DNA of 64,000 nucleotides from Leidyana gryllorum EB-2025a (Eukaryota; Protista; Apicomplexa), in contig JBLWGC010000002.1 in the NCBI GenBank assembly GCA_048772705.1, forward strand, positions 124,001 to 188,000, read 5' to 3'. Position 1 is the stretch's first letter. Every line of letters starts with the position of its first letter. Positions 38,136-49,214 of the stretch are shown one piece after another. A program made the position numbers and the translations under genes. Below the pieces are notes generated by a model. It had not been told where the DNA came from, did no database searches, and worked only from the letters and a program-made list of their open reading frames with translations.

Positions 38136-39057
38136 TCATCCCATCGCCACATACGGCTGATACTCTGCCTGCGACAGATCTAAACGCATTTTTCGTATCC
38201 AATCCTTGTCCCCCGGCCGTCCTTCGTTACTGAACAATGTAGCCATATATTTAAGAACTCCTGGCATCAATGATATATATTCCAACGCTTTGGCATAGCA
38301 TTGTGCATTATCCAGGATTCGCATCATTTCTTTCCTCAATGATGGTTTCAGGTCCTGTCGCACGTGTGTTTGTCACGTTTCCCAAAGGATCTCACCTCAT
38401 GAAACAGCGCCTGAATAACAGTCATTTCCCGCGATGCTGATTCGGTTTCCTTCGCCCATTTCATTCCATTGTTGAGCGATAGAATCCGTACAGCTCGAAT
38501 TACAGCTATAGGGTTGACCCGAAATCTGTGGAGGGCGTCAGAGCCACACGCGCAAATGCGTTTGGCAGCCAAGTCTGACAGTCCGGTCCCAAGAGGGTCC
38601 ACCACGGTTTGGGTTTGCAGATCATAGTATAGGGCATCAATTGTCAAATCGCGAGACTTGGCGTCATCACCAATCGTTCGTCCGACTAGTGTTCGGAAGC
38701 GCAGCATGACGCCCAGCTTTTTCAACTCTAACGTCCCTGCCGTAAGCTTTTGAGGTGAAAAGTCGCGATAGTCGGGGGTGGCTTTCGGGCAGACATCATA
38801 CATGGTTGATTGAGGGGCTTGCTTCAACCAGCTGATGATCGTTTACATTGCTTTCGATCACTAATGTTGGCTTACTTGGATACGGCGTACGCAAGCTCCT
38901 TCCCTGTGTCGACGCCTTCTCCAACAACTTCTAATTCATCATAGACCGGCGTTAGATATGCATTGCGTACCCAAGAACCAGTCAGGTACAAATGGACATT
39001 GGGGTGGGCTTGTTGGTAGGCTATAAGCAATGCTTCTGCTTGATTGAGGGAGGCCAT
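38136..39057 (-). CDS. Degenerate class II nucleotidyltransferase (CCA-adding enzyme / poly(A) polymerase head-domain homolog)
   Basis: LYLTGSWVRNAYL..DELEVV, DAKSRDLTIDALYYD..VVDPLGTGLSDL, RFRVNPIAVIRAVR and RKEMMRIL match the PolyA_pol/CCA motif order. Two GT-AG introns join in frame. Confidence 0.8.
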
Positions 39058-39072
39058 TGTCAAATTTTGGGG

Positions 39073-40923
39073 ATGGCTGGGCGCACCCTTCGAGTATTCG
39101 CCGGTAAGGGAGACAGAGTTTGAGGATATGGTGTGAGTGTGTAATGTAATCCAGGTAACAAAGGCGCAGAGCTCGAGAGTGGAGCGGAGAGCGCCTGGTT
39201 GACTCGATTTCTGAGAGCCTGTGTGTGTCATATAGCCTCAACTCAGTTGGGTATAGAGTCATTCAAACACGAAGCGAAGCTGCATCAATTGGTGGATCAG
39301 GTCTATGAATTCCTGACATTGTGTGCAAAGCAAGCGGCATCGCTATCTCGACTCGCTGGAAGAGGCGAAGTGAACTTTGTGGATATAATGAATTCTCTGT
39401 ATATCACTGACAGAAGGACCTATGCCGACTTTATCACCCGGTCTTCCGATTATAGTCCCCCAATGGACATTAATCATCAGGCTTTGGAGGCTTATGCTAA
39501 TGTTCGGCTGACTCACTGGCCGGCTGACTATCGCCAAAGGGTTGATGGAGACGATGATATCGATCTTCAAGATATTCGATGGGAAGACTTGGATGAAGAG
39601 GACCGCCAGCGAGTGCTGGAACGGAAACGGCGAGCTGAGCCCATCGAACCACAGCCGTCCGGGGTGGATATGCCTGTGAGCTTCATGGAGTTGGCTTTAC
39701 AACGCTTGGTCCAACATTATGAAGCAAATTGTGCGGAAAACAAGATGGTCGCGCAGGAGGAGTCTTTATTGGGCAAAATGGCCCCACCCAAGTTGACGTA
39801 TGAGGACTTTGGGCCTTCTGTGTTGATGCCTTCTCGGCCAGACTGTGTCTATCTGTTCGCACATCTCATGCAAACGCAAATGGCGCGTCCACCAGCATCA
39901 ATTGAGAAGCGGACAATGACGAAACTACGAGAAATGATGCCTCCACTGCCCGGCAGACCCGCTCCAGTTGGTGAAATCATTCGACCAATCGCAATGGCAG
40001 GTGATCAAACCACCATAGTCAAGAACATCATGGCCGGAGAGGAGACCAGCGAGAACACGCCGTTACCGAAAGGGCTCACAGTACCTCTACCAACCCATCT
40101 GCCACCCTGGTCGCCCGTATTCCCGTCAAATGCTTCCGTCACATTGGAGAATGTTCACGAACTCGATCAATTGGCTTCAATCTGCCCTGATCACTCTGCC
40201 TACCCTCCGGCAGCTGCAGCCGAGACCGGACCGGCCACCAGACCCCCTATAAGCAGTGATGAACGTGTCTCCCTCCAGATGGAACTGTGCGCAATTGAGT
40301 CAGACTACCCATTGGTCGTCGAAGCCGAACGCTTCGTGGCAGCACCCCCCGCCCCCCAAGTATCAGAGGAACGTATCGAGGATCCCAAAGAGCGGTCAGC
40401 CATGAAGATTTTGAATCGGAATCAAGCGGCCACGGAGGAACCAGCGCCATCATCGTCCTCATATCTCGGCATACCTCATCTGCTGAAAAGCGAAGAGCCG
40501 TCTAATTTCAATGACACCTCGATGGCCGAGGAGCCGCTGCAATCTGACCCATCGGTGATGGTTGAATCTCCGCCGGTGCTCGAAAGCCCGAGTTTAGCTA
40601 CTTCACAAAGCGTTGTTGCTAAGGCCGAAGACGCGCCCGGGTCCAACAGTGATGCCCCGTTAATTGAAGCCGGGGAGGTGTCAGAGCAGGATATGGACTC
40701 CACGTCTTCCTTACAGCAGCAAAGTGTCGTCGGGCAACAGCAGATTAGTGCCGTTCCAGGGATGTCGGATGTCGGGGGTCCGCCGCAGACGTCGGCTCCT
40801 GGTGCTGAAGCGGGCGCTGACATCAGCCACTTCGCCCGGCATGTTAAGACCCAAGAGGACGACGAAGAAGGTGAAATGGCGGAACACGAGAACGGGTCGG
40901 GAGGAGATCTGCAGCCGCCATAG
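39073..40923 (+). CDS. TAF8-like protein (Bromo_TP histone fold plus TAF8_C-like proline motif)
   Basis: ATG 39073 plus a 51-nt intron (39104-39154) gives an in-frame start. FLRACVCHIASTQLGIESF...AKQAASLSRLAGRGEVNFVDIMNSL resembles the BTP fold. PTHLPPWSPVFPS resembles TAF8 C-terminal IPxxLPPFP. Confidence 0.6.
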
Positions 40924-40938
40924 AGAGCAAGCGGGTCT

Positions 40939-41345
40939 TCAGGGAGGAAGGATGGTTGTACGAGCTATATAATCGTCAAAGATGCCCAGTGGGAAGCTTC
41001 GATACCACGCACAGGTATTGCATTGGACCTTAACTCGATATTCGCCGCCCGAGTTTGATGACAGCTCATTGGTGCTGCCCCCACTCCAGGACAGGCTTGC
41101 TGCACATTTCTTGCATACTGAAGCCTTGAGGGCTGGATGCCATCTCATGACATGACGTCGACTAAGTTCCAGAGCTCGAGCATTGTAGCTTCTGTGTGTA
41201 TATAGTGGGAGATCAACAACGTGTGGGCGTGTGTGTACCTGGCCAGAGACGGGTCTTCAGGGGCCACACGTAGTGCCAATTTGAGAAGATAGGCTATTTG
41301 GACAGTAATCCGGTCCGTGGAGGCGGGGTTCTGCTTTTTGCCCAT
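40939..41345 (-). CDS. RPP21: RNase P subunit Rpp21/Rpr2
   Basis: IAYLLKLA...LAR|SY...KASVCKKC...L...VQCNTCAWYRSFP, with two CxxC zinc knuckles and one intron. Confidence 0.8.
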
Positions 41346-41377
41346 ATTGGTGGAAGCTTTTTTTTTCTTGACATATC

Positions 41378-42150
41378 ATGGACTTTCAGAACAGGGTGGG
41401 GCACCGCACTGGGTCGGGGCAACCTGCCTCAGCCCAGGATATTGCGTTGGATCGGAAGGAGCGGTTGAGGAGGTTGGCTATAGAGACTGTGGATTTGTCG
41501 AAGGACCCATATATGCTGAGGAATCATGTAGGGAAAATCGAGTGCCGACTATGCCTAACTCTTCATATCAATGAAGCCTCCTATTTGACTCATACTCAGG
41601 TAATTGAGAGCTGAATATGCTTGGCGGTAAATATGATCATTACAGGGGAGAAAGCATCAGACCAACTTGGCCCGGCGTGCGGCTAAAGAGAAAATGGAGC
41701 AGGGGGCGTTCCCCCCTGTGGCCCCCACTCGGGTAGTGCATCCAGTTCGAGTGGATAGAGTACAGCGTATAGGAAGGCCTGGATATCGGGTGACAAAGAT
41801 GCGAGATCCCATAACCGAACAATTCGCTTTGTCTTTCGAAATTACCTTTACTGAGATAGCTGCTGGCAAGAAACCACGGCATCGTTTCATATCGGCTTGG
41901 GAACAGAAGGTCGAGCCGCCCGACGCTGCGTTCCAATACGTTGTATTCGCGGCCGATCCCTATGAGACCATTGGTGAGTTTCGGCACCACCTTTTCTTCT
42001 ATTGGATATTCTGCACTCGCAGCTTTCCGGATACCCAGTCGTGAGATAGATCGATCCGAAGGGCGGTGTGTTACCATATGGGACCCAGATACCAAGAAGT
42101 ATACATTGCAATTCTATCTCAAGATGCGTCCTCATGAGGAGAAAAGATGA
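41378..42150 (+). CDS. SF3A2: Splicing factor 3A subunit 2 (Prp11/SAP62)
   Basis: MDFQNRVG..GSG..., DRKERLRRLAIETVDLSKDPY, ECRLCLTLHINEASYLTHTQ|GRKHQTNLARRAAKE, IGRPGYRVTK, PRHRFISAWEQKVE, AADPYETI|AFRIPSREID. Confidence 0.95.
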
Positions 42151-42211
42151 TTGGTAAACGGTAGCTAGCTATAAAAGTCGTGTTGGTGCAATGCGTTGAG
42201 AAAAAAGCTTG

Positions 42212-43821
42212 ATGGAAAGGTTTCAGAGAGCCTCCAACGAGGTGCAGTTGCCTCGAGTAAGCCACTTAAATGCGACAGCCTGTAACTTATCACAGCCGCG
42301 TCGACGCGACTTCGAACGCAATACCTTAAATGAGGAGGAGCTCACACCTTTGCAAAGACGACTGTTAAGGGGACCGCCGGAAAACGACCGTGGACGGGGA
42401 CGTGGAGAGGAGCCATGGTGGTTACGCATCCGGCGGCGCCAACAGCTTGCCGCTCCTTACGAGGGCGGACCGCAACAACCGACTCCGAACATGCGTCGAA
42501 ACCAAGGGGAGATGGTTCGACGTCGGTACCAAGAAGAGGAACCTCCACATGAGCATGAAGACTGGCGTGGCGGGGAAGACAATAGGCGAAGACCCCCACC
42601 AGGGGCCGCGTACCGCCCTGACGACACGGGGTCGCAGCAACCTGCTGAGGATGACCGGTATGTTCGGCGTCGACAACCAGCACCGAGGGGGCCGCCTCCT
42701 CGGCAGGGGCCCAGTTGCACATTCTGTCTCGAGTCTGATTTGTGTCAAAAGATACGAGGGGGGCATTTCATCGGCTCGAGTCCCCGATCGTTCCTTGTTG
42801 CGCAGACAGAGAGGGATATGCTCCTCCCTTTCCACTCTGCAATTGTACCAGTTGTAAGTTTGATGTTGTTGTAGTGCAGGAAGAAGGTCGGGCTTTGGCC
42901 TGGCCGGGCTGCTGGTCGATACAGTGTGCGTATGGCGCTCGCCTGATCGCTCGTGCGTGTGCGCGCGTGTGTGTGTCTCCGAGTGTGTTTGGGGTTCGGA
43001 AAGGGTGTTTTTGATATGGCGTAATTGTTCAGGAACACGTCTCCACAACTCAAGCGCTAGATACCGACAGTCTAATGACGATTCGGAACTTCAAGAAGAC
43101 TCTTATCTACTTTTTCAAGAATCTCGAGTCGGATACCTTTGTGTCGTGGGGGTACGGAAGGGGTCCATATGTGCCGTTGTTCGTGGAGTGGCACATTCCC
43201 CGATCGGCTCAGACTCCACACTGGGCTGCCCATGTGAATCATCACATGAAGAGCACTCCGCACACAACCATTGACGTTATTCCTCTGAAAGAGGACGATT
43301 TCGAGAACGCCAAGGTGAGAGATGTTGGACTGAGTACTAGGTGGCGCGTTGCGGAGGCTGAGAATGTGTTCTAATGTGAATATATGTGTGGATTACGGCT
43401 GAAAACGACGACCGCTGCAGCTAATTATTGCGAAGGAATTCGAATCGATGGGTTCAGAAGAGAACCGTATCAACCGCGCTGTGCGGACGCAAGCACCGAG
43501 TCCGCGACTGGGAGTGAAAGAAATGTTGCCAAACAAGTCGCTCCCGTTCATCTACGTTGACTTTGCCTTGGAAGAGGCCTACATGCATACCTTGGAAGAC
43601 AGTTCGCTGCAAGAGAATCTGGCTGACCGAGTTGATCGTCGATTCATGCGGTCTCTTTTACAGGGACTGCTGCCTGAAGGATTGCGACACCCCCCTCAGT
43701 AGGCAGCTGGCTGCGGTACGGCGGGCACAATGTTTGTCTGTGCAGGTTTGATATGCGCGGGTATCTGCGCGAGTACAAGGAATTGTATCGGCAGTATGAC
43801 TGGACGACGATCCAGCAGTGA
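42212..43821 (+). CDS. CWF19L2: CWF19-like protein 2 (CwfJ C-terminal domains; spliceosome-associated)
   Basis: CTFCLES, IVPV|EHVSTTQALD...IRNFKKTL, IDVIPL, LPFIYVDF, YDWT at the C-terminus. Three introns restore frame. Confidence 0.8.
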
Positions 43822-43857
43822 TGAATGACTGTTTTTTTGTCTCTTTTTCGGAAAGAG

Positions 43858-45300
43858 ATGGCTGCGGGTGAAAGAGTGAAGAAGCAAGTGAAGAGGCAGG
43901 TGAAGAAGGAGCGCAAGCCGAAAGTGTCTAAAGTCGAAAAAGACCTCTTGGCTCACCAACTTCTTGCAGAGGAACGAGAAGGGTAAGTCTTATTTATCAT
44001 AGCCAAAGCCCTAACCCGACCTTCAATAATTCTATTCGTCCCCCTTCCCCCTTCCGACCTCTCAACTTCTTCCGCCTTCGCCACTGCCACCGCTATTACC
44101 GCTTTCTTCTCAGGTTCATAGAAAAGGAACAAGAATATGAACGTACATTGGACCTGCAGCAGAAGGATATTCTCAGAGATACAGAGTTGGAGACATCTTC
44201 GAAAGTGCTGGACCTCAAACTTGATATGGGACCGTACAGGGTCGACGTGACTCGGGACGGGCAATATATGCTGGCAGCCGGGGCAACCGGCCAGATCGCC
44301 ATGATTGAGCTGACAACCAACCGGATCATATTCGACAAAAACTTGTTCCAAACCATTCGAGGAGTACAGGCGCTGTTCAACGAAAACCACTTTGCGGTCA
44401 TCGGAAAGAAGTATATCTCAGTCTACGATAAGCAGTGCACTGAGATCCATTGCTTCAAGTCGGAAAGGGTACGCCGCCGGACAACCGATTCTGCTCCCCA
44501 ATAGCTCCTGCCCCCCCTTTTGTAGGAACCACGGCTGATGGACTATCTGCCGTACCACGCCCTTTTGTCGACTTGGGGTGAAACGGGCGAACTCAGATGG
44601 CGCGACATGTCCACTGGAGAATTTGCCGCTGTGCATAAGACCACTGGATCGCGACAGTGCAAAGCGCTTAAACATAATCCCTTCACGGGTGTGGTGTATT
44701 TGGGGGATTCATCGGGCAACGTCTCCCTCTGGACGCCCAATATGCCTACGCCCGCGCTCAAAGTCCACGCTTCCACCTCCATTACAGCACTTACTCCCTT
44801 CAACGAGTACTATATGGCAGCAGGAGGCCAGAATAACGTGTGGAAAGTCTATGATGTCCGCAAGGCGGACACGGTACTCAGCACCTATCGAACATACGGA
44901 AAGGCTCCTGTCTGTATGGAGGCGTCTCCAACAGGCCTTCTGGCAGTCGGATTCGGCTCACATGTTGAGATATGGAAAGACCCCCACCTGACGCAAGTCA
45001 AACTTCCATATCTCAAACACCAATATTCTGGATGCGTAAGTCACCCCTCTTCCTTTCAATCAGTTTTTTCCTCCCCACACACAGCATCTGGAAAGTCTGG
45101 CGTATCGCCCCTTCGAGGACATCCTTTTTACCGGCCACTCAGCGGGGATCAGTACATTGGTAGTTCCGGGCGCTGGGATCAGCAATCCCGATGTTTTCGC
45201 CGACAATCCCTACTCGACCTCCAAAAGTCGAAGTGCCGCGCTGGTCCGCAGTCTGTTGGAGAAATTACCCCCCGACTCCATCACCTTTCGGAACTCATGA
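43858..45300 (+). CDS. WDR46: UTP7/WDR46 (BING4) WD40 small-subunit processome component
   Basis: LDLKLDMGPYRVDVTRDGQYML, DYLPYHALL, NPFTGVVYLGDSSGNVSLWTPN, and BING4CT-like PFEDIL.TGHS.G...LVVPGAG..NPD...NPY...VRSLLEKLPPDSI. Confidence 0.9.
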
Positions 45301-45391
45301 CGGTGACAACTTGCTGCTTGCCCCTTTCTTCACCATGGCAACCGCCACTCCTCATAACTTTCACGTAATCATAAGCTCTCCGTTCTACAAA

Positions 45392-45548
45392 ACGACACAG
45401 ACAGACATTTAGACACACAAACACACAGACATTTAGACACACAAACAGACACACAAACAGACAGATCAGCGGTTAACAGAGCAGACAGATCAGCGATTAA
45501 CAGAACAGACTGACTGACTGACTGACTGACTGGCTGATGATCAGACAG
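45392..45548. repeat. Low-complexity (CAGA/CA/GACT)n intergenic repeat tract
   Basis: Repeats of cagacatttagacacacaaa, cagacagatcagcg and (gact)n upstream of the vWA gene. Confidence 0.8.
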
Positions 45549-45715
45549 AAAATTGTCGTCAAAGTAACATCCTTTGTGGTAGTTTGGGACACGTAGAGAC
45601 AGCAGATCAGTGAGTGTCTCGCACACAAAGCCTCCCGTAGATTTAAACCGATAAGACATTGTAGTCACAGCTATTCGCCTACTTCTCAAGTTTAGGAAGT
45701 CGGAAACATTTGAAG

Positions 45716-46855
45716 ATGAAGTGCTACTTTCTCGTTGCAGCGATCGCCTCGATTACCGCCGCGGAACAAGTGACCCTGGAAGATGTGTATGGTCCAGTCC
45801 CCAAAGTGGCCGCAATGAACCCGATCTGGAAATCGACACCCTCGCGTGCCGTGAAACCTGCGTCCTTTTACAGTGCCAGGACTCCGGAGAACTGTGAATT
45901 CCCGTTCGAGATCTTGATCGTTCAAGATCTAACTGCCTCTTTCAACGACAACTTTGACGCTATGGTCTCGCAGTTGCCCATCATGGCCCAAGAACTCGGA
46001 TCAGCTCACCCCAATACTACCTACGGAGTCGCTTCCTTCCGGGACAAACCTATCGCTCCTCTCGGCACTCCTGCCACCGACTTCTGTGCCAACATAGACT
46101 TGGATTTCACACCGGAAATATCAGATGTGGCCAGCATATACAACCCCCTCCTTCGTATCGGCGGTGGTGACCCTTCGGAAAACCAGTTCGGTGCCCTACT
46201 TGCCGCCTCACAAACCAACAAGCTTACCTGGGCTAACAATGGCGAGTCAACCAAACTTGTTGTTATGGTGACTGACGCTCCCCCTCATTTTGAAGGCGAT
46301 GGAAGCAACACTATGGGTCTCAAGGCCGCCAGTGGCCTCTATAATGATGACACAGCCACCTTGGACTGCATTTCAGAGTACTATCCCTCCCCTGACCAAG
46401 TACTGGAGTCCATCAAAGCCATCGAGGCTTACTTTGCCGTCCTCGTCTACGATCCGGAATACTGGAACGGTCTGCCTGCCAAGTCCTGGCAGTGGTTCAA
46501 CCGCTTCATCGGTCAAACTGATGACTTTGCCAACCTCAGCGCCAACGACCAGAGTGACTTCTGGACTGTTCTGAAGGGTGTTATCACTTATATCGAGAAC
46601 CTTGAGTGTGTTGAGCAAACCACTACCCCCGCACCAACCACGGTAGCTCCCACCGAGCCGGCAACGACCGCTGCTGCCACTCAGCCCACCGAAGCTCCTA
46701 CAGTCAGCGCCGTCGGCACTACACAACTGCCTCCTCCGGGCACGGACGAGTGTGAGGAAACCACTATTTGCGACGAAGATGTTTTAATCAAAATCGGGTT
46801 TGAGCCCGCTCATCTCAACGTTGTTGTCAATGGGCGCCAAATCGCCAAGGTTTGA
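45716..46855 (+). CDS. Secreted integrin-beta-like vWA (I-like) domain protein with a Thr/Pro-rich mucin-like tail
   Basis: Signal peptide MKCYFLVAAIASITAA; MIDAS-like QDLTAS; ASFRDKP; GGGDPSENQFGALL; W...STKLVVMVTDAPPHFEGDG; YYPSPDQV; TTTPAPTTVAPTEPATT stalk. Intronless, with no TM segment. Confidence 0.85.
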   Translation: MKCYFLVAAIASITAAEQVTLEDVYGPVPKVAAMNPIWKSTPSRAVKPASFYSARTPENCEFPFEILIVQDLTASFNDNFDAMVSQLPIMAQELGSAHPNTTYGVASFRDKPIAPLGTPATDFCANIDLDFTPEISDVASIYNPLLRIGGGDPSENQFGALLAASQTNKLTWANNGESTKLVVMVTDAPPHFEGDGSNTMGLKAASGLYNDDTATLDCISEYYPSPDQVLESIKAIEAYFAVLVYDPEYWNGLPAKSWQWFNRFIGQTDDFANLSANDQSDFWTVLKGVITYIENLECVEQTTTPAPTTVAPTEPATTAAATQPTEAPTVSAVGTTQLPPPGTDECEETTICDEDVLIKIGFEPAHLNVVVNGRQIAKV

Positions 46856-47240
46856 ATGTGCACTACCATGTTGCAAACCTAATCGTATTATTAGCTAGTT
46901 TACCATCCGTTATCGTCATCAATGGAACCTAAATACCACCTTATCCTTGCCGCACACGTTCGCAAACTACGCAGGCACACGGTTTCAGCACACACGCACA
47001 CCAAACAGGACTGTTGGTACAGCCAAACGACTTCGTTTGGCTTTGTACCACACAGATTGACCTTCCGTCGGCCACTAAGGTTCATTTCGGGATTTTGGGG
47101 GAGGTATGGCTGGCCGATGAATTAAGGATTTAATGGATTGATGTATCAAATATTATTGATCGATTATTGGGGCAGATTGTAGAGATGGGTAAATGTATCA
47201 GTAGGGAAACCTTGGAACTAGAAGTGGAACCGAAGTGCCG

Positions 47241-49056
47241 ATGATGATGATGAAGACATCAGTGCTTGGAGCTATTTCTATCTTCATGAGCGCCACCGCC
47301 GAAGGCAACACTATTGTTATGCCGTACATGGACTATGAAATCGTATTCGAGAACCTCGAGAATGTCGTCCGCCCTACAGCTCAAACACACGTACAACCTA
47401 AAGTCTTTCCTGGTACGCACAAATCTATGTTCCACACACCACTCTTTCAACTTACAGGAAACTTGAAAATACGTGATCGTACATCCCATATGTCCTTCAG
47501 TCTCCCCCTGGAGACAGAGATGACGCTATTACGTCGTTTGACCAATCAACCTCTTTTGGTCGTTGGATCGTACGAAGATGCCGACTTGGCCGCTTGGCCC
47601 GAGCAAAATACACTTGAACAATGTGAGTTTGTCTAACAGGACATGTTCCCATGCTACGATTAGTGGAGGAAAATGTTGTGCTCCCCGTCATCCCGGACGA
47701 AGAGCAGTTGGATGGATTCGCTGTTGAGGAAATCGCTTTTTTGCCGGCCGAATCAATTGCTGAGGAGGAGGAAATCAATGAACCCGCTGACGAGTTGGTC
47801 GAAGATGAGAAGTTCAACGGGTTCGTTGTTGAAGCCGATGCTCTCACCCTGGAATCCGACGCGGAGGAGCAATTGGACGGATTCGTTGTCGCAGAAAATG
47901 CTGCTGGAGCCATCGAAGCCAGCAGCGAGGAGGAGGTGAATGGATCGATTGTTGAACAGAATATTGTACTACCGATCGGATCGGACGAAGAGCATCTGGA
48001 CGGTTTTGCTGTTCTTGTGGAGTCCAACGAGGGGGAGCAGTTGGACGAAATCGCTGATGAGGAGGAGGCTGTCGTTTCAGTCGAGTCAAACGACGACGAC
48101 GAAGCCCAGTTGGATGGGTTCTCGGTTGGGGAACCCGCGAACGCTGCGGTAGAGAAGATACCCAGCGACATCGAAAGCAGTGATGGTGAGGAGGATCAGC
48201 CGTTACACGCAATATCCCGTCCTTTTTCAGTCGACACCTTTGAAGCTCCTTTGTTAGACATCATTGCTGATGCTGAACCCACTGCATCAGAAGAAACAGT
48301 TAGCGGTCAGTCCGCCCTCATCGACACCGAAGGTAGGCACGCGCAGGTTCTTCGAATTCAACATCGCGCAGAAGTCGTTGGGGCACAGAACTCCGACCAC
48401 GATGCAGAAAGCGCTGCCAAAGAGCCGCAGCCTGAATGTGAGTGTAGCCGTGGAATGCAGTGTCAGACAGCAGATTCTTTCAGTCCCGCGCCGCGACATT
48501 GTAGTCCAAACTTCCCCAGAAATCTCGCAGTATCTGCCGCTCATCCTGAATGGTCAGAGCGCTCATGGAAGTACCGATGAGTCGATGGAAGTGTCAATTG
48601 GTGAGTGGGCTGTCGGATTGATCAGTGAATATTGAATCCGCAGTGACCGAAGTGGTGGAGGAACTTGAGGCCGTTGAGGCGGAGAAGAATAGAGTACCGG
48701 GCTCTTTGATTTTATGGCCTGAGTCCATTCCGAAGGGTCCCGCGCTCACCACCAATCATCTTCGATCTGCCCATGACGAAGCCGCTCGTCACGGAAGGAG
48801 TCTGATGGGGAGCTGGGCAGACTATCTGGCCGGCCTTGTACCCACTTGGGACGAATTGAAGTTTACGTTCCTTGGAATCTCTGATCTTGGATACAGCCCG
48901 GATTTTATGGATGAAGGATTCCTGAGATCAGTGCATCGCTTCCTCAGAGATGGCGGTTTCACTGCGCACGCAATTACTGTGAGCGTGGCACTGATCAGTA
49001 TTGTCGGTGTGTCCCTTTTGACTGTACGTGCCCGTCATCCCAGCGAGCAGCTGTAG
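47241..49056 (+). CDS. Acidic-repeat type I membrane/surface protein, copy 1 (~533 aa, 5 introns)
   Basis: Introns 47413-47457, 47623-47663, 48333-48371, 48438-48483 and 48601-48643 leave 1602 nt in one frame. Signal peptide, EEQLDGF repeats, C-terminal TM ITVSVALISIVGVSLLTV and a short tail. Confidence 0.8.
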
Positions 49057-49214
49057 TGACAGGTGTGTCCCTTTTGACTGTACGTGCCTGTCATCCCAGC
49101 GAGCAGCTGTAGTGACATCAACTGACGTTCATAAAGTGTGTGTATATTTAATAATTTCGACTCCGAACGAAGTAGTTAAACACCTTCGAACACATTGTCA
49201 ATACCCTCATTGCG

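Noticed and set aside
46922-47125. Small 63-93 aa ORF repeated upstream of each array gene
   Set aside because: It lies in the 3' flank of the vWA gene, its ends vary between copies and it has no coding signature. It recurs only because the unit was duplicated.
47623-47639. Apparent 17-nt micro-intron GT(G/A)AGTTTGTCTAACAG with a CTAAC branch-like motif
   Set aside because: Using this AG creates an in-frame TGA. The next acceptor (41-nt intron, TAG or CAG in different copies) keeps the frame open. At most it is a minor alternative acceptor yielding a short secreted form.
47700-48125. QLDGF resembling the bacterial sliding-clamp motif QL[S/D]LF
   Set aside because: The protein is eukaryotic with a signal peptide, and the repeats are predicted extracellular or lumenal, so the resemblance is probably chance.
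47497-48212. Long Ser-rich antisense ORFs in each repeat unit, and antisense ORFs over the ABC genes
   Set aside because: These are shadows of Glu/Asp-rich or codon-biased sense-strand coding, with no independent motifs.
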